A stretch of DNA of 64,000 nt from Minisyncoccota bacterium (GCA_018063165.1 JAGOQU010000002.1:77471-141470); one strand, 5' to 3'; numbered from the stretch's first letter, positions 8,496-19,502 are shown. Program-made: numbers and translations. The notes: generated by a model not told the origin, from the letters alone.

Positions 8496-10829
8496 ATGAA
8501 CAATGATAAAAATTTTGATGCATACATACGTGCTGCGAACTATCTTTCAGCGGCACAGATTTTTTTACAAGATAATTTTTTACTAGAGAGGCCGCTTTCC
8601 TTTGATGATATTAAACCAAGACTTCTTGGACATTGGGGTACCGCACCTGGTATTAATTTGTTGTATGCGCATCTAAATGCTCTTGTTCAAAAGCATGATA
8701 TTAATATGCTTTTCGTTCTTGGTCCTGGACATGGTTTTGCTGGACTTCAGGCGAATCTTTTTATGGAAGGAACTCTTTCTAAATACTATCCTGATTTACC
8801 TCAAAATTTTGATGGAATGAAAAAAATGACAAAGATGTTTAGTTGGCCTTATGGTTTTCCGAGTCATACAAATCCAGGTACACCAGGAGCTATTTTAGAA
8901 GGAGGGGAATTAGGATATTCTCTTTCTGTTGCATATGGTGCGGTATTAGATAATCCTGACCTTATTGCAGTTGCTATGGTTGGTGATGGTGAATCAGAAA
9001 CTGGCCCAATGGCAACAGCTTGGCATTTAAATAAATTTATTGATCCACAAACTAACGGTACAGTACTTCCTGTACTACACCGTAATGGATATAAAATTTC
9101 AGGGCCTACTATTTTTGGACGTATGTCTCATGAAGAATTAGAGTCTTTATTTACAGGATATGGTTATCATCCATATTTTGTTGATGGTGGTGAAGGTGTT
9201 CATGCAAGGTTATCAGAAACGCTTGAGGCTTGTTATAACGAGATACAGGAAATTAAAAAAACATCTCCTGTTTCTCCTCGTATGCCTATGATTATTCTTA
9301 CAACAGAAAAAGGAGAAGGAGGTATTAAGACATTACATGGAAAGAAAATTGAAGGTAACTTTGCCTCTCATCAAGTGGTAGCAACAAATGCAAAAACTGA
9401 CCCAGAAGAACTTGCGTTAGTTGAAGAATGGCTTCGTTCATACAGATTTAATGAATTATTTAGTCCTGAACATGGTTTTATTGATGACATAAAAGCTCTT
9501 GTTCCAAAAGAAGAAAGGAGGATTGGTGATAATAAGCATTGTTTTGGTGGTGATGCTGTATATAAAGATCTTTCTTTACCAGATGTTGATGCTGACGCAA
9601 GTGATGTTACTGAAAGAGGTGTAACACTTTCAAGTAATATGAAAGCTGCTGGAAATTATTTAAAAAGAGTTATTGAACATAATGAAGAAACTAAAAATTT
9701 TAGAATCTTTTCACCAGATGAAACATACTCAAATAAGTTAGATGCTATTTTTGGAGCAACTAAACGAGCTTTTGTGTGGCCTCATATGGACCACGATGAA
9801 GATCTTGCTAAAAATGGAAGAGTTATAGAAATGCTTTCAGAGCATTCGCTTCAAGGGTTAATGCAAGGATATGTGCTTACTGGTCGCCATGGAGTATTTC
9901 CTTCATATGAAGCGTTTGTGCAGATTATAGGAAGTATGACTGATCAATATATTAAGTTTATTCGTGTTGCACGAGAAATACCATGGAGAGGAAAAGTTTC
10001 TTCTCTTAATTATATTTTAACAAGTCCTGGATGGGCACAAGAACATAATGGTTTTTCTCATCAAAATCCTGGTTTTATTGATACACTTCTTCAAAAACAT
10101 GGTCCATTTGTACACGTGTATTTCCCAGCAGATAAAAATATGACTCTTGTTGTTCTTAAAAAATCACTCGAATCAAAACAAGAAGTAAACGCTATAGTTT
10201 CAGGAAAAGCTGATTTCCCTGAATGGCTAACACTACGTGAAGCAAAAGAGGCTGTGGATAGAGGGGTGATGGTATGGGATTTTGCTTCAGACTCAAACCC
10301 AGATATTGTTCTTTCTTCTGTGGGAGATTATTTAACTAAAGAATGTTTAGCTGCAATTACGATACTTAAAGAAGATATACCTGAAGTGAGGATTCGTTTT
10401 GTTAATATAGTTGAGCTTACGGCTACTGGTATTGGTTCAGGAAACAAGAGTATACCATTCTCTTCTTTTGAAGATTATTTTACTCACGATAAACCGGTTA
10501 TTCTTAATTTTCATGGATACCCAGAAACAATTAAACAAAAATTATTTGATCAAAAAAGTGCACACAATAGATTCTTTGTTCACGGATACACAGAACACGG
10601 TTCAACAACAACACCGTTTGATATGCAGGTGAGAAATAAAACAAGTAGACTTCATTTATCTATGGAAGCTGTTGTATTGCTTGAGAAAAATGAAGTTATA
10701 TCTCCTAACAAAGCTACTGAATTAATACACAAATACAAAACATTACTTGAAGAACATCTTGTGTATATTAAAGAACACGGAGAAGATCCTTCGTATATTG
10801 CAAACTGGCAATGGAAAAAAATATCTTAG
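8496..10829 (+). CDS. xfp: xylulose-5-phosphate/fructose-6-phosphate phosphoketolase
   Basis: 777 aa. LLGHWGTAPGINLLYAHLN, GPGHG and the TPP-binding GDGE region match phosphoketolase throughout, and the length is typical. Confidence 0.9.
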   Translation: MNNDKNFDAYIRAANYLSAAQIFLQDNFLLERPLSFDDIKPRLLGHWGTAPGINLLYAHLNALVQKHDINMLFVLGPGHGFAGLQANLFMEGTLSKYYPDLPQNFDGMKKMTKMFSWPYGFPSHTNPGTPGAILEGGELGYSLSVAYGAVLDNPDLIAVAMVGDGESETGPMATAWHLNKFIDPQTNGTVLPVLHRNGYKISGPTIFGRMSHEELESLFTGYGYHPYFVDGGEGVHARLSETLEACYNEIQEIKKTSPVSPRMPMIILTTEKGEGGIKTLHGKKIEGNFASHQVVATNAKTDPEELALVEEWLRSYRFNELFSPEHGFIDDIKALVPKEERRIGDNKHCFGGDAVYKDLSLPDVDADASDVTERGVTLSSNMKAAGNYLKRVIEHNEETKNFRIFSPDETYSNKLDAIFGATKRAFVWPHMDHDEDLAKNGRVIEMLSEHSLQGLMQGYVLTGRHGVFPSYEAFVQIIGSMTDQYIKFIRVAREIPWRGKVSSLNYILTSPGWAQEHNGFSHQNPGFIDTLLQKHGPFVHVYFPADKNMTLVVLKKSLESKQEVNAIVSGKADFPEWLTLREAKEAVDRGVMVWDFASDSNPDIVLSSVGDYLTKECLAAITILKEDIPEVRIRFVNIVELTATGIGSGNKSIPFSSFEDYFTHDKPVILNFHGYPETIKQKLFDQKSAHNRFFVHGYTEHGSTTTPFDMQVRNKTSRLHLSMEAVVLLEKNEVISPNKATELIHKYKTLLEEHLVYIKEHGEDPSYIANWQWKKIS

Positions 10830-11968
10830 TTGTTAATATAGGTAGTTCTTCAAAAAAATATTCTTTCTACAGTAAAGGAGAGCTAGTTCTTGGTGCTCAT
10901 TTTGAAAAAGATAAAGAAATATTTGAGGTGACGTATGGAAAAGAAGACCCAACCCCTATATCTAAGAATGTCTTTAATGATAGTATTTCAGCATTTTATA
11001 ATGCGCTTTATGCTAGAAAAATAATACAAGAGGGCGGTGTCACTGTATCTGCAATAGGAATGAGAATGGTTGCACCAGGTTTATATTTTACTGAGAATAG
11101 AATTGTCGATTCATTTTTTATGAATATGCTTAAAGAGGTTTCAAAAGAAGATTCTTTACATATTGAGCCTATACAAAAGGAGTTATCAAGAATAAAAGAA
11201 ATTTTTGGAGAAGTTAAGGTGTTTGCAATATCGGATAGTGCTTTTCATCGCACCATGCCGAGTGTTTCAAAAAATTATGCTTTACCAAAGAAAATTATTG
11301 AAGAGTTTGGTTTGTATCGTTTTGGGTATCATGGTATTTCGCTTGCAAGCATAGTGTCTTCGTTAGTAAAAAGAAGTGTTCCACTAGAAAGAAAAATAGT
11401 TATTTGTCATCTTGGTAGTGGTGCTAGTGTGACCGCAGTTCTTGATGGTAAAAGTATAGAGACATCTATGGGGTATTCTCCTCTTGAAGGTCTTGTAATG
11501 AGTTCACGTACTGGTTCTATTGATGTTGGTGCTATTCTTCGTCTTTTTGAAAAAGGTAATACAGAAGAGCTTAGAGAAACTTTTTATAACAAAAGTGGTC
11601 TTTTGGCTCTTAGTGGTCTTTCTAACGATATGAGAGTTCTTATTGATAAAGAAAAAGAAGGTCATGTTGGTGCCAAAAATGCAATAGACGCTTTTGCTTA
11701 TGGTGTAAGAAAACATATAGCTATGGCAGTATCTGCACTTAACGGTATAGATCTTCTTGTTTTTTCTGGAACAATAGGAGAAAGATCTTTTATTCTTCGT
11801 GAGCGTATTTGTAGAGATTTAGGATGGCTAAATGTTAATGTAGACAATGAAAAGAATATACTTGCAAAAAGTGGTGAGTATATAAGTGTATATGGTTCAC
11901 TTGGTGTATGTGTGATGCATAGTGATGAGGATATAGAAATTATGAATAATGTTGAGGATCTTTTATAA
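10811..11968 (+). CDS. ackA: acetate kinase
   Basis: 385 aa. N-terminal ILVVNIGSSSKKYSFY matches the acetate kinase signature (LVLNCGSSSIKY). The start overlaps the xfp 3' end by 19 nt. Confidence 0.85.
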   Translation: MEKNILVVNIGSSSKKYSFYSKGELVLGAHFEKDKEIFEVTYGKEDPTPISKNVFNDSISAFYNALYARKIIQEGGVTVSAIGMRMVAPGLYFTENRIVDSFFMNMLKEVSKEDSLHIEPIQKELSRIKEIFGEVKVFAISDSAFHRTMPSVSKNYALPKKIIEEFGLYRFGYHGISLASIVSSLVKRSVPLERKIVICHLGSGASVTAVLDGKSIETSMGYSPLEGLVMSSRTGSIDVGAILRLFEKGNTEELRETFYNKSGLLALSGLSNDMRVLIDKEKEGHVGAKNAIDAFAYGVRKHIAMAVSALNGIDLLVFSGTIGERSFILRERICRDLGWLNVNVDNEKNILAKSGEYISVYGSLGVCVMHSDEDIEIMNNVEDLL

Positions 11969-11986
11969 ACAATCTAAATATAATAT

Positions 11987-12598
11987 ATGAACTTTACTAA
12001 AAAATATTTCCCCCTGTTTCTTCTTCTTGTTTATGTTTTATTGTTTATAGTTCTTGGTATTAATCCGTACGATAGAGATGTTTGGTATGTAGAAAATGGT
12101 CCTATAGTAGCTATTGTTATATTTCTCGTTGTTTCTTGGTACCGAGGTCTTAGATTTTCCAATCTTTCATACCTTCTTATGAGTGTTCTTTTGTATATGC
12201 ATACAATTGGTGGTCATTTTACGTTTGAAAGAGTTCCTTTTGAATGGTTTAATACTTTTTTTGGTTTTGAAAGAAATATGTATGACAGAATAGCGCATTT
12301 TAGTGTTGGGTTTTATGCGTACCCTTTCGCAGAGTATCTTCTTACAAGAAAACTTGTCGCAAAAAAGTGGATAGCATATGCAATGCCACTCTTTTTTATT
12401 ATGGCATTAGCTGCTTTATATGAAATGTTTGAATGGTGGTATGCTGCTTCTTTTGGAGGTGAAGCTGGTGCTGCTTTTCTTGGTTCACAAGGGGATATTT
12501 GGGATGCACAGAAAGATATTCTTATGGATACATTAGGTGCCATTTTTTCACTTATATTATTTTTATGTGTTCAAATAGTTGGTACAAGTAAAAAATAG
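11987..12598 (+). CDS. YjdF/DUF2238-like integral membrane protein
   Basis: Multi-transmembrane protein. HTIGGHFTFERVP and RNMYDRIAHFSVGF resemble DUF2238. Recalled from memory, so low confidence. Confidence 0.35.
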   Translation: MNFTKKYFPLFLLLVYVLLFIVLGINPYDRDVWYVENGPIVAIVIFLVVSWYRGLRFSNLSYLLMSVLLYMHTIGGHFTFERVPFEWFNTFFGFERNMYDRIAHFSVGFYAYPFAEYLLTRKLVAKKWIAYAMPLFFIMALAALYEMFEWWYAASFGGEAGAAFLGSQGDIWDAQKDILMDTLGAIFSLILFLCVQIVGTSKK

Positions 12599-12635
12599 AA
12601 CAAGAATCTGTTAATTCGTGTGATATACTTTTCTT

Positions 12636-13280
12636 ATGAAAGTTAACCCTGATGTAAAACCTGTTTCTAAAATACGATATTATGCCTCCTTGTTAGAAGC
12701 CGTTATTGTTTTTATTGGAAGTGTTTTTGCTACACATTATGCAAGTAAGTTTGCTGAAGTACATGCAAGTGGACATGTAAATGATATTATTTTAAGTAAC
12801 ACTCAGGTGTATAATTTTGAGTTAGTCTTTGTTGAAGGTGCTATAGTTCTTTCACTTTTTGTTATTGCTCTTTGTTTTAAATTTAGAAAGACAGCACCTT
12901 TTCTTATTAAAGCTGTTTCATTGTTTATTATTATTAGGGCAATATTTGTTTCGCTTACTCATATTGGACCATTTCCAACAAAGTTAGTTCTTGAATCAAG
13001 AGCTCTTGATTTTATTACTTCTGGAAATGATTTGTTTTTTTCTGGGCACACAGGACTTCCTTTTCTTATTGCTCTTATTTTTTGGAACCATCTTTATATT
13101 AGAACCATTTTCCTTGCTGGATCTGTTGTTCTTGGTGCTAGTGCTTTACTTGCTCACCTACATTATTCCATTGATGTCTTCGCAGCGTTTTTTATTACCT
13201 ACAGTATTTATCATATTTCTATCAAGCTTTTCAAGAAAGATTTTGATTTTTTTACACTAGAAGATACTAAACATAAGTAA
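12636..13280 (+). CDS. PAP2-superfamily-like integral membrane protein
   Basis: Multi-transmembrane protein. FSGHTG matches PAP2 motif 2 (PSGH) and HLHYSIDV matches motif 3 (H...D). Confidence 0.4.
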   Translation: MKVNPDVKPVSKIRYYASLLEAVIVFIGSVFATHYASKFAEVHASGHVNDIILSNTQVYNFELVFVEGAIVLSLFVIALCFKFRKTAPFLIKAVSLFIIIRAIFVSLTHIGPFPTKLVLESRALDFITSGNDLFFSGHTGLPFLIALIFWNHLYIRTIFLAGSVVLGASALLAHLHYSIDVFAAFFITYSIYHISIKLFKKDFDFFTLEDTKHK

Positions 13281-13338
13281 TTATTAATATGTATATGTAC
13301 TATGCTTGTAGTTTTTTGATTGTGTTATACTTTATATA

Positions 13339-13752
13339 ATGAAAAAACAAGACGCTTCGATGCCTAGTGTTCACATGGACTATCATCCTAAATTAGTTAA
13401 AGAGGGTGTTTTTATTCTTGAAGAAGAAGTGTGGAGTACTCAAAAGCGTATAGCACGTATTTATGGTAGAAGTATTCCTACAATAAACGATCATCTTAAG
13501 AAAATATATCAAGAAAAAGAACTCATGAAAGCTTTGAGTGAACGTATACTTATGGTTACTCAACAAGAGGGGAAGAAAAAGGTTGCGAGAAAAACATATG
13601 TGTATAATAGTGATATGGTTATTGCTATAGGTTTTCGTGTGAAAGGAGAGTGGGGTAAAGAGTTTCGTGTATGGGCACGTGAAGTGGTAAGAGCGAGTTA
13701 TGATCCAAGAGATCAGGTAAGACATCTTATAGGTAGTCACCCCTTAGGATAA
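13339..13752 (+). CDS. RhuM-family protein, N-terminal fragment (truncated)
   Basis: 137 aa. QKRIARIYGRSIPTINDHLKKIYQEKEL ... GFRVKGEWGKEFRVWAREVV matches the N-terminal region of RhuM-family proteins, which are about 330 aa full length. Its 3' end overlaps the convergent FAD-oxidase gene. Confidence 0.45.
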   Translation: MKKQDASMPSVHMDYHPKLVKEGVFILEEEVWSTQKRIARIYGRSIPTINDHLKKIYQEKELMKALSERILMVTQQEGKKKVARKTYVYNSDMVIAIGFRVKGEWGKEFRVWAREVVRASYDPRDQVRHLIGSHPLG

Positions 13753-15336
13753 TTTTTTTCTTGTTAAGTGTTCTTTGGAATAATTTAGTGTAATGCCTAA
13801 TTTTTTACCTGGATTAAATATGTGAAGCGGATCCCATGCTTCTTTTATTTTTTTAAATATATCAACAGTAGCTTCGTTATACACAAAAGGTAGATAAGGT
13901 GTTCTAGAAACACCTTCACCATCTTTTGCGCTTATTCCTCCTTTATATTTTTTTATAATAGTAAAAATAGTCTGAGTATAGTTTTCTATTTCTTGTTCAT
14001 ATGTTAGAGAAAGAGGGTTGAAAAGAGTTGTAACAGAAATATGACCACTTCCTGCGTTTCCGGTTATTACGTATAATTTTCCAGTTGAATAAAGGTATGT
14101 TTCTAATTCCTCTAAAACAAGAGCGTATTTAGTATTGGAGACTATAAGTGCGTCACAGGAGTATATTGGGGTAAGCGAACCTTGTGTGTATGTTTGTAAC
14201 AGATTTTCTAAAAAAGAAGTTTCTGTTATTTTTTCAATAAAAGAACTGTCCTCGTACACAATACTATTGTTATTTTGTAGATGTGTTTCGTGTGTATATT
14301 TTTTTATGCAATTTTTTACATGTTCTTCGCTGTTTCCGTAAAAAGAAATACATAGAGCGTACGATGCATCGGGGAAAGATAAAAGAGTTTCTGGTCTATA
14401 TCTGTCTGTAAGTTCCATGAAAGTAGAGTCATAGAGAAAAATATGATCAGCATTATGTTGCACAGCTTTTTCTATGTAATTATGCATACTTTCTTTTTCT
14501 TGTATAGGTATACATATCGTTTCTGTATATTGTTTTAGAGGCGTTAATCGTAATGTTACTGTTGTAATTATTCCTAGAGTACCCTCTGATCCAACAATGT
14601 GATTAATAAGTTGCCGTGGGCCTATAGAAGTATTCCATAAGGCATACCCCGTAGCATCATCATTTATATCTGGCTTAGATGCACGAAGCATGGGGCCATT
14701 TTCTGTAAGTATAGGAAAAATAGATTGATAAATACCAAGTAATCTACCACTAGGGCTTACACCATCTCGTATGTGATGTTCCTCACCTGTGTCCACAACA
14801 ATAGTAATGTTCTCTACCCATTCTCGTATTGTGCTTTGTCTAAAAGATGTAGGTGTAACACTTTTAGTTGCTAGTAATGAGGCTATAGTAGAGTGATTGT
14901 TTTGTGCAGTAAGTATTGGAATATCTACATGTAGAGCGTGTAGTTGTTCTCTTAGTTTTTTTATAGTAACACCTGCGTCAACAGTTATTGTTTGGTCAAG
15001 TACATTAATTTGACGTATGTGATTAAAATACCTTGTCATATCAATAATGATCCCTTCACCAATAGAACCTCCTGTATTTGAGGTGCCGTTACCTCTTACT
15101 GTTACAGGCATAGTATATTCACGTGCAAAAGAAAGAATATGTTTTATGTCTGTAACATTTTTTGGATAGAGTATGGCTTGCGGTCTTATTGTGTAAGGTG
15201 ATTTTGTGGTACTGTATTTTTGTATAGATTCTAAGGAACATTCAATTTCACCAGTAATAGATTTTGCTAGTTCTGAAAAAAGAGGGGGAACATGAGAAAA
15301 AATGTTAGATACCTTTATCATAGATACTCTCACCAT
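13744..15336 (-). CDS. FAD-linked oxidase (GlcD/D-lactate dehydrogenase family)
   Basis: 530 aa. N-terminal FAD_binding_4-like region (YTMPVTVRGNGTSNTGGSIGEGIIIDM) and a C-terminal FAD-oxidase-like region. Confidence 0.65.
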   Translation of the reverse strand: MVRVSMIKVSNIFSHVPPLFSELAKSITGEIECSLESIQKYSTTKSPYTIRPQAILYPKNVTDIKHILSFAREYTMPVTVRGNGTSNTGGSIGEGIIIDMTRYFNHIRQINVLDQTITVDAGVTIKKLREQLHALHVDIPILTAQNNHSTIASLLATKSVTPTSFRQSTIREWVENITIVVDTGEEHHIRDGVSPSGRLLGIYQSIFPILTENGPMLRASKPDINDDATGYALWNTSIGPRQLINHIVGSEGTLGIITTVTLRLTPLKQYTETICIPIQEKESMHNYIEKAVQHNADHIFLYDSTFMELTDRYRPETLLSFPDASYALCISFYGNSEEHVKNCIKKYTHETHLQNNNSIVYEDSSFIEKITETSFLENLLQTYTQGSLTPIYSCDALIVSNTKYALVLEELETYLYSTGKLYVITGNAGSGHISVTTLFNPLSLTYEQEIENYTQTIFTIIKKYKGGISAKDGEGVSRTPYLPFVYNEATVDIFKKIKEAWDPLHIFNPGKKLGITLNYSKEHLTRKKLS

Positions 15337-15599
15337 TTTTATAGACTAAAAAAACAACAATTGTTAAAGCAAGTAATATACATAACACCAGAAAAAGGTG
15401 TCTAAATATAACATGGAATGTTTGTTTTTCGGACAGAACTATTTTCTCCTTAGAGGTGTCTTCTTGCAGTGTTTGTTCCATGGTATACAGTATACATCGT
15501 TTGTATAAACTTCTTTATATTTTTTTGTCCACATATACTCTTTTATGATTACGCGATATACTAATATAGATACATTTATTAATTATACATATACTATCT

Positions 15600-17636
15600 A
15601 TGAAGTTTTTATCAACATTTTTTTCTAAGCTTTATCAATACGCTACTGTTTGTATTGTTGTAGGTTCACCTTTATTTTTTATACCTAATACTAGCTTTTC
15701 TCCGGATGTTACTTATTATGTAACTATGGGTATTTTGGTGGCAATCGCACTTCTATCATATGTTGTGTCAGCGCTCATAACACGTTCTTGGCACAGTCTT
15801 TCAAGACTTGAGTTTATTTCATATTTCGCATTCTCACTTGCTGTTATTTTGTCTGTGCTTTTTGCAAAAAATCAGCGCTTTAGTTTGTTTGGTGAAGTGT
15901 TGGAACCTGCATCAGGGGCTGCACTGTTATCGCTCCCGGTAATTATGTATCTTGTGAGAACTCTTCCAGAAAAACTTCGTCATACTCTAAAACTCATTCT
16001 AGGTTCACTTCTAGGTATATCAGCTTTTACGTTTGTAACAGCTCTTATGTATAATGGTGCTATAACTTCCTTCACAAAGCAAATATTTTCTGGTTTCATT
16101 AGTCCTGTTTCTTTTGCTATATATATTGGTTTGTTTGCTGTTGCTTGTCTTTTCTTTGTATTTAAAGGAACGCTTCCTAAAAAACATAAAATTGCTATAG
16201 GTATAACAGGTGTTCTTTTCTTTATGTGGGCATTTGCTATCTCAGCACAAGATGGGGTTAGACCTAACTTCACAAGTACAATGCTTGTTGGTAAAGGTGT
16301 TATGTTAAACGAGGGTGTGTTTGGTATCGGTTCAGGTAATTTTACTAGAGCTTGGCAACTATATAGACCACAAAGTGTTATTAATTCAGAGTATTTTGGA
16401 TATGATTTCAATCAAGGTTCAAGTACAATGAGTACAATTTTTGTAACATTAGGTATTTTTGGTCTTCTGTCATTCCTATTTCTTGTTATTTCTGCTTTAT
16501 ACAATACAGTGATGACGTATCGTCAGAATAAAGAAGGTCAAGAACATTTTATTTTAGGTTTCTTATCTGTTTCTCTTATGTATCTTCTTGTTGCTTCTTT
16601 CTTTTTACCATTTTCATATGCAATGCTTGTCGTGTGGATGGTTGTTTCTGGACTTGGTTTAGCAAAAACAAAATTAACCGAGTATCATCCAAGCAAAAAA
16701 ATAGCATTCCTTATGATTCCACTTACTGTTATATTGGTAAGTCATATGTTTATAACAATTGATAAAGTTAGAGCATTTTCTGTATACAGTATGGTTCAAA
16801 CTGCAAAAACACCAGAAGATTCTTTGAAATATTTAGTTAAAGCTGCTCAAATTTATCCATATGATGGCTTTTATAGACTCCAAGTTGAACAATTAATTCA
16901 AGCGAATAGAAATCTGGTATCTGTTGCAACAGATGATCAAGAAGCATTAAAGAATGAATATCTTGAAACATCTAAAAAAGCCGTAGATGCTGCTTTGTTT
17001 GCTGTAAAACTTAATCCAAATAGTTATCAAAATTATGTTTCTCTAGGTAGGGCGTATGAACTTGCTATACCTTTTGATAAAGAAAATGGATTTGATAGAG
17101 CAAAAAAAGCATACGAAGAAGCTGTTAAGTTATATAAAGATAATCCATATTTGTACTTAATGCTTGCACGTTTAGAGTCTTCTGCAGGTACAAAAGAAGG
17201 AGTTAGACAAAATTTAACTGACGCTCTTAAAAAGAAGCAGAATTTTACAGATGCTCTTTATCTTATGAGTCAGCTTGAAGCGTCAGATAGTAAAATAGAT
17301 GAAGCTATTAACTATGCTGTAGAAGCTATAAAAAGTTCACCAAATGAACCATTAGTATATATACAAGCAGGATTATTATTCTACGGTAAAAAAGATTATG
17401 AGAATGCTGTATATGCACTCAAAGTAGCTCTTGAAAAAGATCAAAATAATGCTAATGTTGCTTACTTCTTAGCTCTAGCTCTTCGTGACGGGGGTCGTCC
17501 TGATATAGCTAAACAAATAGCTGAAGAACTACTTAAACGTAATCCTGACAATGCAGATCTTGTTGCTTTTATTAAAACGCTTGAAGTAAAAGCTGAACCT
17601 GTTTTACCAGAAACAACAAAGAAGACTAAAAAATAA
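15600..17636 (+). CDS. O-antigen ligase (Wzy_C)-like polytopic membrane protein with C-terminal TPR repeats
   Basis: About 10 transmembrane segments with GxGxGNF (FGIGSGNF), followed by roughly 230 aa of TPR-like repeats. Confidence 0.55.
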   Translation: MKFLSTFFSKLYQYATVCIVVGSPLFFIPNTSFSPDVTYYVTMGILVAIALLSYVVSALITRSWHSLSRLEFISYFAFSLAVILSVLFAKNQRFSLFGEVLEPASGAALLSLPVIMYLVRTLPEKLRHTLKLILGSLLGISAFTFVTALMYNGAITSFTKQIFSGFISPVSFAIYIGLFAVACLFFVFKGTLPKKHKIAIGITGVLFFMWAFAISAQDGVRPNFTSTMLVGKGVMLNEGVFGIGSGNFTRAWQLYRPQSVINSEYFGYDFNQGSSTMSTIFVTLGIFGLLSFLFLVISALYNTVMTYRQNKEGQEHFILGFLSVSLMYLLVASFFLPFSYAMLVVWMVVSGLGLAKTKLTEYHPSKKIAFLMIPLTVILVSHMFITIDKVRAFSVYSMVQTAKTPEDSLKYLVKAAQIYPYDGFYRLQVEQLIQANRNLVSVATDDQEALKNEYLETSKKAVDAALFAVKLNPNSYQNYVSLGRAYELAIPFDKENGFDRAKKAYEEAVKLYKDNPYLYLMLARLESSAGTKEGVRQNLTDALKKKQNFTDALYLMSQLEASDSKIDEAINYAVEAIKSSPNEPLVYIQAGLLFYGKKDYENAVYALKVALEKDQNNANVAYFLALALRDGGRPDIAKQIAEELLKRNPDNADLVAFIKTLEVKAEPVLPETTKKTKK

Positions 17637-18601
17637 TGACTATTGCTGAGATAGAAAGCACTTTATACACACTCTTTGCACGACATAATGATCTTAATGA
17701 AGAAACGCTTAAGACGTTGCTTCTGGCAGGAGGTTGGGAAAATGTGCATATACAAGAAGCTTTATCTATTTTTAAAACAATAAAGCCGAAATTGCTACAG
17801 ACTCTTCAGGTTAAAGAAACCCAAGTTGTTGCTCCTGTAGAAAATATTTCAAAAAATACTATAAATCCTGCTGTTGCTGAAAGTAGTAATTTTGTTGTAC
17901 ATGAAAAAGAAAGTGTAAAAGTGGTTACTGATACCCCGCAATCTATTCCTGAAAAAGAAAAAATAGAAGAAAAAGGTATCTCAGAAAATGTACAAGTAAG
18001 CACCACTAAAGATTATACTCAAACAGAAAATATTGTTTATTTTGATAGTAGTGGAGAAGAGGAGAGAGATGTTTCAAGTGTTCCTAATATAGACAGTAAC
18101 CCTGTCTTTATTAAAGAGAAACTAGAAATAAAAAAAGATACAGAAAATGTTCCACGTCAAGAAATAGTACAACAGGAAACTCCTGTAATTGTTGTAACTG
18201 ATAAAAATGATGACAATCAGGCAAGTGTAAATAATCTTAATGAAGAAAAACAAAAAAACACTGAGCCTCAGTCACTTATTGAACATAAAGAAGATACGAG
18301 AGTAATTTCAAAAGAAGTTGAACCACCAATGAATTTACCTCTCAAGCCTTTTGAAAGTTCTCCGCATGTGTGGCCTTTTTCTAAATATAAAGATGTGTTT
18401 CACGGAGAAACAATGCCAGAAATAAAAGAACAAGAGAAAAAAATAACTGGAAATACGTCATCTGAGTCCGTTCAAGAAAAAAATACTATACGTATTTCAG
18501 GTTTCGACCGTGAAGACGAAAGTCTTATTGTGTTAACTGGGGTTGCTCTTCTTGTTATTATTTTGTTACTGGTATACATGTATTCTAATGGAAGGTTATA
18601 A
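17636..18601 (+). CDS. hypothetical protein with C-terminal membrane anchor
   Basis: 321 aa, E/K-rich low-complexity middle, C-terminal transmembrane helix. The start overlaps the previous stop codon (ATGA). Confidence 0.35.
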   Translation: MTIAEIESTLYTLFARHNDLNEETLKTLLLAGGWENVHIQEALSIFKTIKPKLLQTLQVKETQVVAPVENISKNTINPAVAESSNFVVHEKESVKVVTDTPQSIPEKEKIEEKGISENVQVSTTKDYTQTENIVYFDSSGEEERDVSSVPNIDSNPVFIKEKLEIKKDTENVPRQEIVQQETPVIVVTDKNDDNQASVNNLNEEKQKNTEPQSLIEHKEDTRVISKEVEPPMNLPLKPFESSPHVWPFSKYKDVFHGETMPEIKEQEKKITGNTSSESVQEKNTIRISGFDREDESLIVLTGVALLVIILLLVYMYSNGRL

Positions 18602-18661
18602 TTTTGCATTTTTCTGTGTGATATACTAGGTATATTATTAAAAAGATTTTAAGTATATTAT

Positions 18662-19450
18662 ATGGAAATAGATTATAAAAAATATGTATGGGTTACGGGT
18701 TCTCTAGCTCTTGTTGCACTTTCATTTGCATCAGTGGCGTTTGGTATAAATAATCTTTCTCTCACTAAACATCCGAATGGTCAAATTGCCTCTATTACAG
18801 TTTCTGGAGAAGGAGAGGTGACAGCATTACCAGATATAGCAACTGTTATACTTACTGTTCGTGAGTCAGCAAAGACAGTTCCAGAAGCTCAAAAATTAGT
18901 TGAAGCAAAAATTTCTTCTGCGATTAAAGAATTATCAGCTCTCTCTGTTGAAAAGAAAGACACAAAAACACTTTCTTATACAATTAATCCAAAATACGAA
19001 CAACAAGGATCTGGTGTTTGTACAGCATATGGGTGTCCAGCTGTAAAAACAATAGTTACTGGATATGAAGTTGCACAATCTATGCAGGTTAAAGTTCGTA
19101 AAATTGATCAAGCAGGCGCTGTGATAGGTGTTATTGGTAAGGCAAATATTACTGAAGTCTCAGGTCCAGAATTTACTGTCGAAGATATGGATAAAGTAAA
19201 AGCAGAAGCGAAAGCTTTAGCCATAGAAAAAGCTTTAGAAAAAGCAAAACTTACAGCAAAATCTCTTAATGTAGATCTCGGTTCTATTATTAGTTTTAAC
19301 GAAGATGGGGGAAATATGTACCCCGTTATGTATGCACGTGCAAATATGATGGATATGAAAGAGTCTAGTCTTGGTGCTCCAGCTGTAACACTTCCACAAG
19401 GTGAAAATGTAATTAAGTCAAATGTAACCATTACATATACACTTGAATAA
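18662..19450 (+). CDS. SIMPL (DUF541) domain periplasmic protein
   Basis: Signal/transmembrane N-terminus, then ITVSGEGEVTALPDIATVILTV ... TGYEVAQSMQVKVRKIDQAGAVI ... AKALAIEKALEKAK, matching the SIMPL domain pattern. Confidence 0.65.
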   Translation: MEIDYKKYVWVTGSLALVALSFASVAFGINNLSLTKHPNGQIASITVSGEGEVTALPDIATVILTVRESAKTVPEAQKLVEAKISSAIKELSALSVEKKDTKTLSYTINPKYEQQGSGVCTAYGCPAVKTIVTGYEVAQSMQVKVRKIDQAGAVIGVIGKANITEVSGPEFTVEDMDKVKAEAKALAIEKALEKAKLTAKSLNVDLGSIISFNEDGGNMYPVMYARANMMDMKESSLGAPAVTLPQGENVIKSNVTITYTLE

Positions 19451-19467
19451 AAGTTTTTATAATATAC

Positions 19468-19500
19468 AAAAAACGATGTATTTACATCGTTTTTTGTTTT
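19468..19500 (+). terminator. rho-independent terminator
   Basis: Stem AACGATGTA / TACATCGTT with a 3 nt loop, followed by a T-run. Confidence 0.7.
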
Positions 19501-19502
19501 TA

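Noticed and set aside
15305-15481. 58 aa minus-strand small membrane ORF upstream of the FAD-oxidase gene
   Set aside because: It is below the size threshold and overlaps the oxidase start by 32 nt in another frame. It is plausible but unsupported by any motif, so not called.
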